A DNA stretch of 64,000 nucleotides from Tubulanus polymorphus. Lineage: Eukaryota; Animalia; Nemertea. The number at the start of each line of letters is the position of its first letter. The stretch's first letter is position 1. Location: contig NC_134028.1 in assembly GCF_964204645.1 (NCBI RefSeq), forward strand, positions 14,515,653 through 14,579,652, given 5' to 3'. Shown here in pieces: positions 11,196 to 24,266 of this stretch. The translations under genes were made by a program, and so were the position numbers. The notes below the pieces were generated by a model. The model did not search any database. It saw nothing but the letters and a program-made list of their open reading frames with translations, and was not told where the DNA came from.

Positions 11196-14100
11196 ATGGA
11201 AGCAAATAAGTACTACTGCCCAACATGTAATATCAATATAGATAAATCCCAAAAAGCAAGACACAATAAAACTAAAACACATTTAGAGAATAAATTGAAA
11301 CTAGAATATAAAGATGATATATTAGAAACTAAATTAGATGAATTAAAGAATGAAAAAGAAACATACAAATGTGATACATGTAATCAATCATTCAGTGATA
11401 AAAGATATTATAATGAACATTTAAAATCCAAAAGTCATATTAGAAATATGAATAATGATATTTTAGGTGAGGATTATTTTGATAATGATAACGATAAGAA
11501 ACATAAGACAATTAAAAGAATAAGAAATAAATTAAACAATAAAAGACCATACATGGAAGATGTAAGAAATTATATTAATTCATTAGATAATAAAAAAGAT
11601 ATAGAGATAACCGAAGCATTTAAAAGTGATATTGGTCCAGCTGCTATTGAGTTTAAATTTCATAAAGGAAAAACATTAGAAGAAAATAAAAAACATTTAT
11701 AAAAAATATGAAAGATATTATAAAAATAATAAATGATGTTGAATACCCTAAAATTAGTATATCTTCTAAAGTAAAGTTTATAAAATCTGAAGATAAACCA
11801 ATATATAATATAAATTCTCATTCACAACATATTATATCTAAACAACATATAGATGATAAATTAGATAAATGTTATAATGAAGTAAAAACTAAAATAGAAG
11901 AGAAATATTTTGAAGGATCTGGTTTAATATTTGATGAGATAATATTTATGACTTTACATGTTTATAACACAAAATATAATAAGTTAACTAAATCAAAACG
12001 AATTGATGAAAATAATGTATCATATTATAAAGAACCAGATATTGAAGCATCGAGTTATATTAAACTACCATTTAAAACTAATGCTGTAATAAATGTACAA
12101 AATTTTGATGATAAATGTTTTCTATGGACAATTATAAGTTGCTTACATCCAACAGAAGATATTACACATAGTTTTAGATTAACAAATTATAAACCATTTG
12201 AAAATAATTATAAGATAGATAAGTATCCTGTTAGAATTAAAAATATCCCAAAAATAGAAAGAGATAATAATTTAAGAATAAATGTATTTGATTTAATCAA
12301 ATTACCAAATACAAAAGGTAACAATATAAAACATTATACATTAGAACCTTTATACCTATCAAAAGATTATGATTCAAATGGTGTTATAGATATATTATAT
12401 TATGAGAATCATTATATGTGGATTAAACAAATCGATTTATTCTTTAGAACAGAAAGTGATCACCATAATAAAATATATCTATGTAGAAAATGTTTACATA
12501 GATTCAGTAATGAAAGTACATTATTAAATCATAAACAATTATGTGAAAATCATGATTATTGTAAATTAGTTTTACCAAATGAAAAAGATAAAATATTAGA
12601 ATTCAAAAAATATGATTACAAAAATAAAGTACCATTTGTTATATATGGAGATTTTGAATCATTAAATAAAGAACTAACTGATCAAGATAGAAAAGAAATA
12701 TATTATAAAAGAAAGAAATTAAATTCTAATGAAAATGATTTTTCAGAAGAACCGCCAATAACAAATACTATTAAAAAGATTCATCAATCAGCTGCTGCTT
12801 TCGGGTTATATATAAAATCTGATTATCCAGAACTAATTAAAAGTGAATATTATCATTATAGAAATGAAAATGTTATTAATCATTTTTGTGACTTATTAAT
12901 TGAATATGAAATAAGATTTAGTAAATTATTGAATACAAATAAAGAAATTATAATGACAGAAGAAGATAAAGAAGAATTTGTGTTTGCAGGTAAATGTTAT
13001 TATTGTGAAAAGATATTTAATTATAAAGATAAAAAAGTAAGAGACCATGATCATTTGAATCGAAAGTTTAGAGGCGCTGCACATGAGAATTGTAACTTAT
13101 AAGCTATGAAAATTAACTTCGTACCAGTTATATGTCATAATCTATCAGGATATGATGCACATTTATTCATCAAACAGTTATGTCATAAAATAGAAGAAAT
13201 CAATAATGAAATAGAAAGATTAAATTCAAATAGATCAAAGGATAAAATACCAACTTATAAATTTAAAATGTTAGCTAGAACATCTGAGAATTATATATCA
13301 TTCCAATTTGGTTGCCTAAGATTAATAGATTCATATAGATTTTTAAATAGTTCATTAGATAACTTATCAAAATCATTAGTTGATGATGAATTAAAAATAT
13401 TAAAACAACACTACCAAAATAATGATGATTTCCAATTAATGAGATATAAAGGAGCGATTCCATATTCTTTCTATAAAAATCATAATGATTTCAAAATAAC
13501 TGAACTTAAAAAGGAACAATTTTATGATGAATTGAAAAATGAATATGTTAAAGATGGAGTTTTTGAAAGAACGATTAATATATGGAATCATTTTAGAATA
13601 AAAAACCATGGTAAATTAGTAGATTTCTTTCTAAAATCTGATGTGTTATTATTATCGGATATATTCGAAAGGTTTAGAGATGTAAACCTAAAATATTTTA
13701 ACATTGATCCATGCCATTGTTATTCTAGTCCAGGTTTGTTACATGGGATTGTGGATTTAAATTTACAGATATAAAAATGGATTTGTTAACAAATATAGAT
13801 CAATTATTCTTATTTGAAAAATCTATAAGAGGAGGAGTTTCAGGTGTATTAGGTGATAGATATTTCAATGTAAATGATAACCCTGGATATAAGTTATTAT
13901 ATATAGATGCTAATAATCTATATGGTTGGGCAATGATGGAACCTCAACCTTATGGAGTATTTGAAATAAGTGAAGTTTTACAACATGAATATAATGATAA
14001 ATTTGATTGGAAGAAAAGAATCCTAGATATTGCAGAGGATTCAGATACTGGTTACTTCTTTGTTGTAGATTTAGAATACCCTGAACATATTAAATTTAAA

Positions 14101-14208
14101 TCTAGAAATCTAGCATACTGCCCCGAACATAAAGCTGTAACTCATGAAGAATTATCAAATTATCAAAAAAGAATTAAACCCGAAAATCATATTCATACAG
14201 AAAAGTAA
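11196..14208 (+). pseudogene. Protein-primed family B DNA polymerase (pPolB), 3'-truncated
   Basis: N-terminal C2H2 fingers, SYIKLP..NAVINVQNFDDKCFLW, Exo I VIYGDFES, endonuclease-VII-like CYYC..VRDHDH..GAAHENCNL, Exo II HNLSGYDAH, SIRGGVS and motif A YIDANNLYGWAM. Frameshifts at ~11700 and ~13740, stop at 13100. Motifs B and C absent. Confidence 0.93.
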
Positions 14209-14210
14209 AT

Positions 14211-15625
14211 GGTAAATTCCGATTTTCTGAGCCGAAATCATCGCCCTTTTAATTTCGCCAGCGACATTTTAGGTAAGTTCCTGTTTCTGAGCCGAAATGA
14301 TCGCCCTTAATTTCGCGAGCGACTTTTTAGGTAATTTCCTAGTTTCTGAGCCGAAATGATCGCCCTTTTAATTTCGCGAGCGACTTTTAGGTAAATTCCG
14401 AGTTTCTGAGCCGAGATCATCGCCCTTTTAATTTCGTAAGCGACTTTTTAGGTACATTCCGAGTTTCTGAGCCGAGATCATCGCCCTTTTAATTTCGCAA
14501 GCGACTTTTAGGTAAATTCCTTGTTTCTGAGCCGAGATCATCGCCCTTTTAATTTCGCCAGCGACTTTTTAGGTAAATTCCTGTTTCTGAGCCGAAATGA
14601 TCGCCCTTTTAATTTCGCAAGCGACTTTTAGGTAAATTCCGAGTTTCTGAGCCGAAATCATCGCCCTTTTAATTTCGCCAGCGACATTTTAGGTAAATTC
14701 CTGTTTCTGAGCCGAAATGATCGCCCTTAATTTCGCGAGCGACTTTTTAGGTAAATTTCGAGTTTTTGAGCCGAAATCGTCGCCCTTTTTATTTCGCAAG
14801 CGACTTTTAGGTAAATTTTCCGAGTTTCTGAGCCGAGATCATCGCCCTTTTAATTTCGCAAGTGACTTTTAAGGTAAATTCCGAGTTTCTGGGCTGAAAT
14901 CATCGCCCTTTTAATTTCGCCAGCGACTTTTTAGGTAAATTCCTGTTTCTGAGCCGCAATGATCGCCCTTTTAATTTCGCAAGCGACTTTTAAGTAAATT
15001 TCTAGTTTTTGAGCCGAAATCATCGCCCTTTTAATTTCGCAAGCGACATTTTAGGTAAATTCCTGTTTCTGAGCCGAAATGATCGCCCTTTTAATTTCGC
15101 AACCGACTTTTTAGGTAAATTCCGAGTTTCTGAGCCGAGATCATCGCCCTTTTAATTTCGCAAGCGACTTTTAGGTAAATTTCGAGTTTTTGAGCCGAAA
15201 TCATCGCCCTTTTAATTTCATAAGTGACTTTTAGGTAAATACCGAGTTTCTGAGCTGAAATCATCCCCCTTTTAATTCCGCAGTGACAACCGGGATCACA
15301 CACAACTCACCAGAACAACAATGGAATCTTTTCAAGAGAGCGATGTCACACCGTTACATTTCTGAAGTGAAATTATCGCATTTCATAAGTGATTTAGGTA
15401 AATTCTGAGTTTCTGAGTTGAAATCATCTTTCTTTTTAAATTTCGCAAGTGACTTTGTAGGTAAATTCCGAGTTTCTGTGAGCTGAAATCATTGCCCTTT
15501 TAATTTCAAAAGTAATTTTGTTAGTACATTCTGAGTTTCTGAGTTAATTATCGCCCTTTTTTCACGAGTGTTTGTGTAAATTTCGAGTCTCTGAGCTGGA
15601 CATCACTAGTTTAATTTCAAATTTA
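14211..15625. repeat. ~60-bp tandem satellite (~18 conserved units to ~15282, then degenerate units)
   Basis: Unit ggtaaattccgagtttctgagccgaaatcatcgcccttttaatttcgcaagcgactttta repeated head-to-tail. Confidence 0.95.
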
Positions 15626-16589
15626 GGGATTATTGGTAGTTTCTGACTCGAGATCTAGAATCATTATAGTTATTGATTTTCGAGGTTTATATCGTTTGTG
15701 AGCTAGGAATGATTACTTTAACAAAAGAGAGTCGCTTGATGAAACTAGGACTAGAAATCAACTATTCTTAGATTTCAAAAGTTATCTTGATCGCCATCGT
15801 ACGCCACTTAGCACAAAATCTTTCCTCGGTTTATTACGAGTGAAATAGGAACAAATTCCACTATTGCTATTTTCGGTATGATTCCAAGTCTGTGAGCTAT
15901 TCAACTAGGGAAAGTTGGACTTAAATGCTGATACTAGGAAATTATCTGACCGCTGATTTTTGTCCCCGAAATGTTGTGTTTTAATATGCAGTTGAGGTTC
16001 GGTCCATATTTACCGTCTGGATTATTTAGACGAACGGCTTTATGATAACCCAATGAACGAACTTCATGGTACAGGTTTCATTATGAGTTTCCGGTTTGCT
16101 CGGCTACCCGTACTGGCGGGGTAGTCTAGAGAGGCCAATGAAAACTCCGGTTTGCTAAACCACCCCTCTTTGCGGGGATGCGGTATGATGTTTGATCTGA
16201 CAGTTTCAAGTGGTTAATGGCTGTTTCAAGTGCTTACAACGATGCTTATTACTTCGTGGTACATGGTGGTTTAAAAAAAGATTTCATAATAATACGCTCA
16301 CCGCGTGGGCTTCGTGGAAAGACCACTACCTGTGACCTTCCCAAATTCTAATTGTCCTGTCCGATTTAGTTTCATCCAATTGAGAGACTGCCTTTTCCAG
16401 TTAGGGCATTTTTGGATCACGTCACTCCAGGAAATGACTTAACGCTTTTGGGCCCCTTCGTCGGTTCAACATGTTTCATTTGAGCTATAGACCACAATGG
16501 TGACACCATGATGGTCAGTAACTGACCAATTGAGATATCCCCGAGTCTGAACACTTGACTTCGAATTTCAAACTACTAAGGAATCATAA

Positions 16590-16970
16590 TTGCAAATTCA
16601 TCACTGACCATCACTGACCACCAATGACCAATTCAAACTTCTCGAATATGAAAACGATATACCGCGTTATGGTGTCAAACTAGAAAGGATTCGCCATTGA
16701 AAATTAATAAATTGACCATCACTGACCACCACTGACCAATTGAAACTTCTTGAAAGAACGATATACCGGTACCGCATTTGATGTGAAACTAGAATGGAGT
16801 CGCCATTGAAAATTCATAAATTGACCATCACTGACCACCACTGACCAATTGAAACTTCTTGAAAGAACGATATACCGGTACCGCATTTGGTGTGAAACTA
16901 GAAAGGATTCGCAATTAAAATTCATAAATTGACCATCACTGACCACCACTGCCCAAGTGAAACTTCTCAA
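16590..16970. repeat. 109-bp tandem repeat, ~3.5 copies
   Basis: ttgaccatcactgaccaccactg recurs at 16712, 16821 and 16930. Confidence 0.9.
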
Positions 16971-19795
16971 ATATCGTGGTCGAATTAGAAAGTGCTTGTC
17001 GTCGTATTGCTATTTCTAGAAACCAGCAGAAAGTTTTGCTACTGTTTTTGAATGGCGTTGACATGATGGAAATTTATTACCAATAAATGGGTTACACATC
17101 TGGATCACAGCACCTCACTTACCGCAGTGCGTTATTTTCACTGCATAGTAATGCTAATACATAAACTTTTTTACTACTTGACTCGAATCATCTGAACAGT
17201 ACTGCGTTTGAAAACTCAACGAATAGAAAATGTTTGCGGGAAGCGCCTACAAATTAGTTATAATAAGATTAATTAATCGATGCATGAAAAACAATTAAAT
17301 CACAAGGTGACTAACACTCGTCTTTCAACCAATCTGCGCGATACCAATTAATTAAATCATTTAACGCATTGGGTTCCTAATATTTGAAATCCTGTGATAC
17401 AATAGTTGTTCTTTAGACTTGGCCACTTTCATTTCAGAAAACCGCGTACTAGACCAGTGGTCACCGAGCCATTCCTTCAAGTTTTGAAAATTCAATGGTA
17501 ACGCGGATTCTTTGCCTCTAAAAACTGTTTCGTTAATAGTTTTCTTTATATGAAAAGTGTTCATAGGAATTGAAATTTGGAGTGATATCAGTCACAGCTG
17601 TAACCCTTCTTCATTGTCAGTTCTTTTTTGGAATTCAAGTACATTAGTGAAAATATCAATGATGAAGTTCACTTATTATATCAAGTACCGTTTTTACTGT
17701 CGCATGCGAGTCGAAACAAAAAGATCTATCCAACTGCATATCTTCGGGTATAAACTGTGATATCCTTCAGTATGTTATGAATATCTTTAAAAATTTGTGT
17801 TCTAGTATAATACCCGAAGGTTTAACTATCGGACACATAAAAGATTCGCCATAGTCAAAGTTTTTAAGAAAATCTTTCTTCGAGAAAGAAAGATCTTTAA
17901 AAGAACGATTGGCGTCAAACTAAACCATAATGGACTGTTGTGAATTTATTGAATAATCCACCTGAGAAATTTAAAGATTTCGAAGCGAAATTTATTCATA
18001 TAAATCATAAAAATGCATGAATAACTTGACGTTATATTTGCGGGTCTCATGAAACACTTTCGTGCGCTCTTTTTAAATCTAAAATAGCATAAATACATGC
18101 GTGTTTCGTTATAAACAAGGTTAAATTCCAAACGCACATGAAATATGGAGCCTGTATCACACGATATACACATCTTGAATTTTCTCTAATTACGTAGGCC
18201 CTTTCCGAATTGGAATTGTTCAGTGTTTTAACGGCCGACATTCAGAGGCACCTAAAAAACCGGTTGTATAGCACTTGAGATTTTCAGTGTAGGGCATATC
18301 TCACATTGACTCGGCTCGCGGTCGGTGGTTTAATGGGAACACATCTGGTTGTTACTAGTTTAACAGTTGACGAATTCAGAAAACTTTTTTCAAATGTCTT
18401 TGATAACTTTTTAAACATAGTATTCTTCTTGATTACATTTCGCTGATTCCATAGATATTTTTTCATGAAAATTGCTCCAGTTATAACGGATTTAAACATA
18501 CTTGTAAAATGATTATTTTCAAAAAATTCAATTTTCTCCGATTTTGAAGAAATTCTAACACAATATCATCTCCACTCGACACATGATTTTACTTCGGCGC
18601 CTTTGAAGGGAGTGTCACTTGTTGTTGAGTTCATATTTAGTCAAACAAGAAGATATGCCTGATTCCTTTTTAGAATTTAGATTTCGACGGATATCATCAA
18701 ATTACTAGAAAGGGACAGCAGCTTTCGGTCATCCGCAAAAGTTACCTAAAATTCTCTCCTAGGGTTATGGAAAAACATGTCACGAAACATACGGAAAATC
18801 CTTTGTTTGGTAGACTGAAATTATTGAACTCTTGAATAGCAACATTTATAGAAACAAAAACATAAGAATATATTCTCCCCCCCCCCCTTGAAAAAAACAA
18901 CGTGATTTCAATTGAAGATGACACGTAGCCTCATATCAAATGATTATGAACGCAACAGACAGAGCCTATTCATTCTCTTTACGAGGATGGGTCTCCACAT
19001 TCATAGGATACGATACGAGATTCGTGGGTACGAATGATGAATACAACTGATAAAGCGCCAATTTCACTGAATCTTGCACAGAAAGGTGTTTTAGAGTAAT
19101 CTAGTTAACAGGTGTGTTGTAGGAGTATTTTGAATTTAAATTCAAATCGGGGTTCATGACGAATATTGAGCATTCTAGGGCTGGAGCAAGAAACGTGTGG
19201 GATCGTCCGCCAATGGTATCGCCAAAGAAATAATAAGGAGCCAGTCCGTGGTGGCTATTGGAAGCGACGACCGCATGTGAATGCATTGATTGAATGACAT
19301 CTCAAAAGTCAGATTATATAAAATTGAACATGATATATGGATAGGTTATTCCATATATACTGGTAAAAATGATGCCCAATATGTGATATAAATGTTCAAT
19401 TAAAAAGTAGAAACCGAATCCATAATTCAGTCTGGTATTGTTATAACATCAAACACTCAAATTTAATCCTTTGTTAGATTGGTAGCCAGTGTAGATGAGC
19501 AAGAATAGTGGTCCCTAATTTTAATGTGGACTGTTCAACAAGTTGGAGTTTGTGTAGAGATGAATGAGTTTAAAATGGAGTGGAATTTGGATAATACTGT
19601 TTGAATGTCTATTATTAAATATTTTTATTGATCATAAAAAATTGTGGTAAAATATTTGACTCTAGGGTTGGTTTTAGATTGTATCTCTCCACGCCAGAGG
19701 TAATCACGGATATTGGACTACACAAAATTCCTTGTGTACAGCTCAACTTTTAAAATCCCTGGAAAAGCTCGCCACGGATATATCTCAGTAATGAT

Positions 19796-22700
19796 TAATT
19801 TTCCCACAAATTCTCCCCTTCGAAAAACCTAAACAACCAATGTACGCTTGCTCTAAGTTTCCCAATGCACTATTGTTACCTTTTCTAGCTATTTGCACTA
19901 GCTGTTTGTCGCAAATAGATTGCATCCTCTATTACAGGAGTAAAGGATACAGCTCTGAGACCCGTTTCTTAAAAGATAGTTTAAATTAACCATCATCCAA
20001 TATGATACATGACTAAATACACTGAAAAAGATCAACTATGTACACATTTCAAATTTCAAACCATGTTTTATCATTAGAAAATTACGACACAACGTTCAAT
20101 CTCTCACTAGAGATAATCTTTTTGAATTTGTACACTGAGTTTTCGTATCGTATTTTCAATTCTCTGCTTTTGAGTCAACAAGTACAAAGTTATTTTAGCA
20201 ATGAAAATTTAATCGTCATTATAAATGTTAACTATCCACTGGTAAACTTACTAACTTTTGGCAACTGACCTTAGATCGTGGAATGGTCTCAGGTGGCCTG
20301 CTGATCCCCTCTTTATTTATACTACTGAAGAAATATACAGTATAAGACGTAAAAAGTATATGAACATATTATTTATCTTTATATCGCGATAATTCGTGTA
20401 CGTATGATTGAAAAACGATATTTTATCGAATCTCATGGTACTTATGATTATCGTGTATAGAATCAATAATTAGCAACCCTCCACGTATACGAAGCAGCCT
20501 AAGTTTACATCCTACCAAAATTATCCTCGAAACTCTCAGCATTATTTCAAGGGTCGGTCTTAGAAAATATATGAAGGAAGTGCTCACAGGTTAACGAGGC
20601 CAAAAATCTTCCCCAAAATTTCAAAATTTTACAAGCAAAGATAATATACTTCATGCTTTTGGTGCACAAAAAAATACATGTCCACAAAATGCAAATTGTG
20701 TTTTCAAAGTAAACGATTGAGTGTGGAATTGTTTCGAATTCAAGGTTTTCCCATTAACACTCCGGTATTTTTCAATAAGTCAAACTATTGTTGATGTGAT
20801 CAGATGGCCAGTTGAATACTTCATCATTATATTGAAAGATATGTTATACTTAATGCATCTTTTCTTAGGCCTTACAGCTTTCTCTATTGGTTAGCGTTGT
20901 GATCACTCAAAATTAACCATAATTATGAATTCTCACTGATCTACTACATCTCTACAACAAAAATATATTTCATATTAGGCGATTAACTTTGATCTGTGGT
21001 CAGTGGACAGCAGCTACGAAACATTTCAAACTGCTACATTATCATTCCATCTATTTATGTATATATAATATGATATGATATCTTCTTTGTTCAGTTTAAA
21101 AGTCTTGATCGTAAAAGTTTGACAAGTCTCGCATGTTGGTACCGATACGCACGTTCACGCGAGTGAAATGTGCACGTTACAGGCTCAAATGCGCACGTTA
21201 CAATTACAAATGGAAACGTTGTTCGTTCAAAACCCTACGTAAAAATCTTATGCATTTTAGCGGAATTTCAAAGTCAGCTCGCTACCTACAACAAAAATCG
21301 GACAAGACTTTTTCAAGCGACACATTTAAATGTAAGAGCTAGTAGCACTAACGAAGGATTCACTAAACATATAAATTACTTATGGGGGTTCTGGTTAGCA
21401 CTGGTAACTGGTCTGTACTGGTCAAGCATTGGTCAGTTAAACAATTTTTAGATTAATGCCCACATCATATCTATTTATTTGACACCAAACAACTTAATTG
21501 TTTGCAAACAAATAATTTACTATATGGTCAGTAGGCCTACTGGTCATGCATTGGTCAGTTAAAAGACCATGGTCCACGCCACATTTGATACCAAACATGA
21601 TTGGATTGTGTCGTTTCGAAAATTTATCGGTTGGGCAATTTGTGGTCAGCCCTGGTTCGTTAGGTTCTTATTTTGCGGGAATTTTATCTCGAACCACCGA
21701 AAGACCGAATCACTAATTAATTCACCAGACCGTTAATTGCTGATAATGAAGATTAGTGTTTAACTAATAGTCCTTGTCTGAACAAAATGTCTCTGGTATG
21801 GGTCCTATGGAATCATGTACTTAACTGTACACCGTACTGTATCTTTGTACTGTATCTTTTCATGTTCACTACTACCGTAATTGACTATGATGTTTTCAAG
21901 TGGTCTTAAGTACCGCTAATAGCCGAAAGTCGTTGATTTATGTGAAATAAACATACAGCGCCACCCGTTGATAGTAAAACTAACCCGAGCAATACGGGTG
22001 TTAAATAGATACGCTAGCAAACCGGCATTCTCATAATGTAATTTTCCCACAAAGTCTCCCCTTCGAAAAACCTAAACAACCAATGTAAGTTTGCCAATGC
22101 ACTATTGTTACCGTTTCTAGCTATTTGCACTAGCTGTTTGTCGCAAATAGATTGCATCCTCTATTACAGGAGTAAAGGATACAGCTCTGGGACCCGTTTC
22201 TCAAAAGATAGTTTAAATTAACCATCATCCAATATGATACATGACTAAATACACTGAAAAAGATCAACTATGTACACATTTCAAATTTCAAACCATGTTT
22301 TATCATTAGAAAATTACGACACAACGTTCGATCTCTCACTAGAGATAATCTTTTTGAATTTGTACACTGATTTTTCGTATCGTATTATCGTATTTTCAAT
22401 TCTCTGCTTTTGAGTCAACAAGTACAAAGTTATTTTAGCAATGAAAATTTAATCGTCATTATAAATGTAAACTATCCACTGGTAAACTTACTAACTTTTG
22501 GCAACTGACCTTAGATCGTGGAATGGTCTCAGGCGGCCTGCTGATCCACTCTTTATTTATACTACTAAAGAAATATACAGTATAAGACGTAAAAAGTATA
22601 TGAACATATTATTTATCTTTATGTCGCGATAATTCGTGTACGTATGATTGAAAAACGATATTCTATCGAATCTCATGGTACTTATGATTATTGTGTATAG

Positions 22701-24266
22701 AATCAATAATTAGCAACCATCCACGGATACGAAGCGGCCTAAGTTTACATCCTACCAAAATTATCCTCGAAACTCTCAGCATTATTTCAAGGGTCGGTCT
22801 TAGAAAATTTATGAAGGACGTGTTCACAGGTTAACGAGGCCAAAAATCTTCCCCAAAATTTCAAATTTTTACAAGCAAAGATAATATACTTCATGCTTTT
22901 GGTGCAGAAAAAAATACATGTACACAAAATGCAAATTGAGTTTTCAAAGTAAACGATTGAGTGAGGAATTGTTTCGAATTCAAGGTTTTCCCATTAACAC
23001 TCCGGTATTTTTCAATAAGATAAGTCAAACTATTGTTGTGATGGCCAGTTGAATACTTCATCATTATATTGAAAGATATGTTATACTTAATGCATCCTTT
23101 CTTATGCCTTACAGCTTTCTCTATTGGTTAGCGTTGTGATCACTCAAAATTAACCATAAGTTTGAATTCTCACTGATCTACAACATCTCTATAACAAAAA
23201 TATATCTCATATCAGGCAATTAGCTTTTATCTGTGCTCAGTGGACAGCAGCTACGAAACATTTCAAACTACTACATTATCATTCCATCTATTCATGTATA
23301 TATAATATGATATGATATCTTCTTTGTTCCGTTTAAAAGTCTTGATCGTAAAAGTTTGACAAGTCTCGCATGTTGGTACCGATACGCACGTTCACGCGAG
23401 TGAAATGTGCACGTTACAGGCTCAAATGCGCACGTTACAATTACAAATGGAAACGTTGTTCGTTCAAAACCCTACGTAAAAATCTTATGCATTTTAGCGG
23501 AATTTCAAAGTTAGCTCGCTACCTACAACAAAAATCGGACAAGACTTTTTCCAGCGACAAATTTAAATATAAGAGTTAGTAGTACTAACGAAGGATTCAC
23601 TAAACATATAAATTACTTATGGGGGTTCTGGTTAGCACTGGTAACTGGTCTGTACTGGTCAAGCATTCAGTTAAACAATTCTTAGATTAATGCCCACATC
23701 ATATCTAGTTATTTGACACCAAACAACTTAATTGTTTGCAAACAAATAATTTACTATATGGTCAGTACTGGTCATGCATTGGTCAGTTAAAAGACCATGG
23801 TCCACGCCACATTTGATACCAAACATGATTGGATTGTGTCGTTTCGAAAATTTATCTGTTGGGCAATTTGTGGTCAGCCCTGGTTCGTTAGGTTCTTATT
23901 TTGCGGGCATATTTTCTCGAACCACCGAAGGACCGAATCACTAATTAATTCACCAGATCGTTAATTGCTGAAAATGAAGATTAGTGTTTAACTAATAGTC
24001 CTTGTCTGAACAAAATGTCTCTGGTATGGGTCCTATGGAATCATGTCCTTAACTGTACACCGTACTGTATCTTTGTACTGTATCTTTTTATGTTCACTAC
24101 TATCGTAATTGACTATGATGTTTTCAAGTGGTCTTAAGTACCGCTAATAGCCGAAAGTCGTTGATTTATGTGAAATTTACATACAGCGCCACCCGTTGAT
24201 AGTAAAACTAACCCGAGCAATACGGGTGTTAAATAGATACGCTAGCAAACCGGCATTCTCATAATG
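19796..24266. repeat. Tandem duplication of ~2.24 kb (19796-22038 and 22039-24266)
   Basis: Highly similar units, both starting taattttcccacaaa and ending ctcataatg. Near-identical ORFs at 21133 and 23370. Confidence 0.95.

Larger units (their letters stand above)
2505..14208 (+). mobile_element. Degenerate Polinton/Maverick-like (adintovirus-like) endogenous virus; left end uncertain, right end truncated
   Basis: Co-directional cluster of rve integrase, A32-like packaging ATPase and protein-primed PolB in very AT-rich, intronless DNA. Many stops and frameshifts. No TIR/TSD, capsid or maturation-protease gene recognised. Confidence 0.88.
16079..24266. mobile_element. Putative large non-autonomous TIR element with a duplicated right end
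   Basis: cattatgag..ccggtttgct at 16079 versus agcaaaccgg..ctcataatg ending at 22038 and 24266. Subterminal actgacca/tggtcagt motif arrays in inverse orientation. No TSD seen. Confidence 0.4.

Noticed and set aside
14211-15282. CRISPR-like array next to a polymerase/nuclease locus
   Set aside because: Units are contiguous ~60-bp monomers with no unique spacers, there are no cas genes, and the context is eukaryotic; it is a satellite.
21133-23579. Duplicated 69-aa ORFs as a gene pair
   Set aside because: No recognisable motif; the similarity is explained by the tandem duplication.
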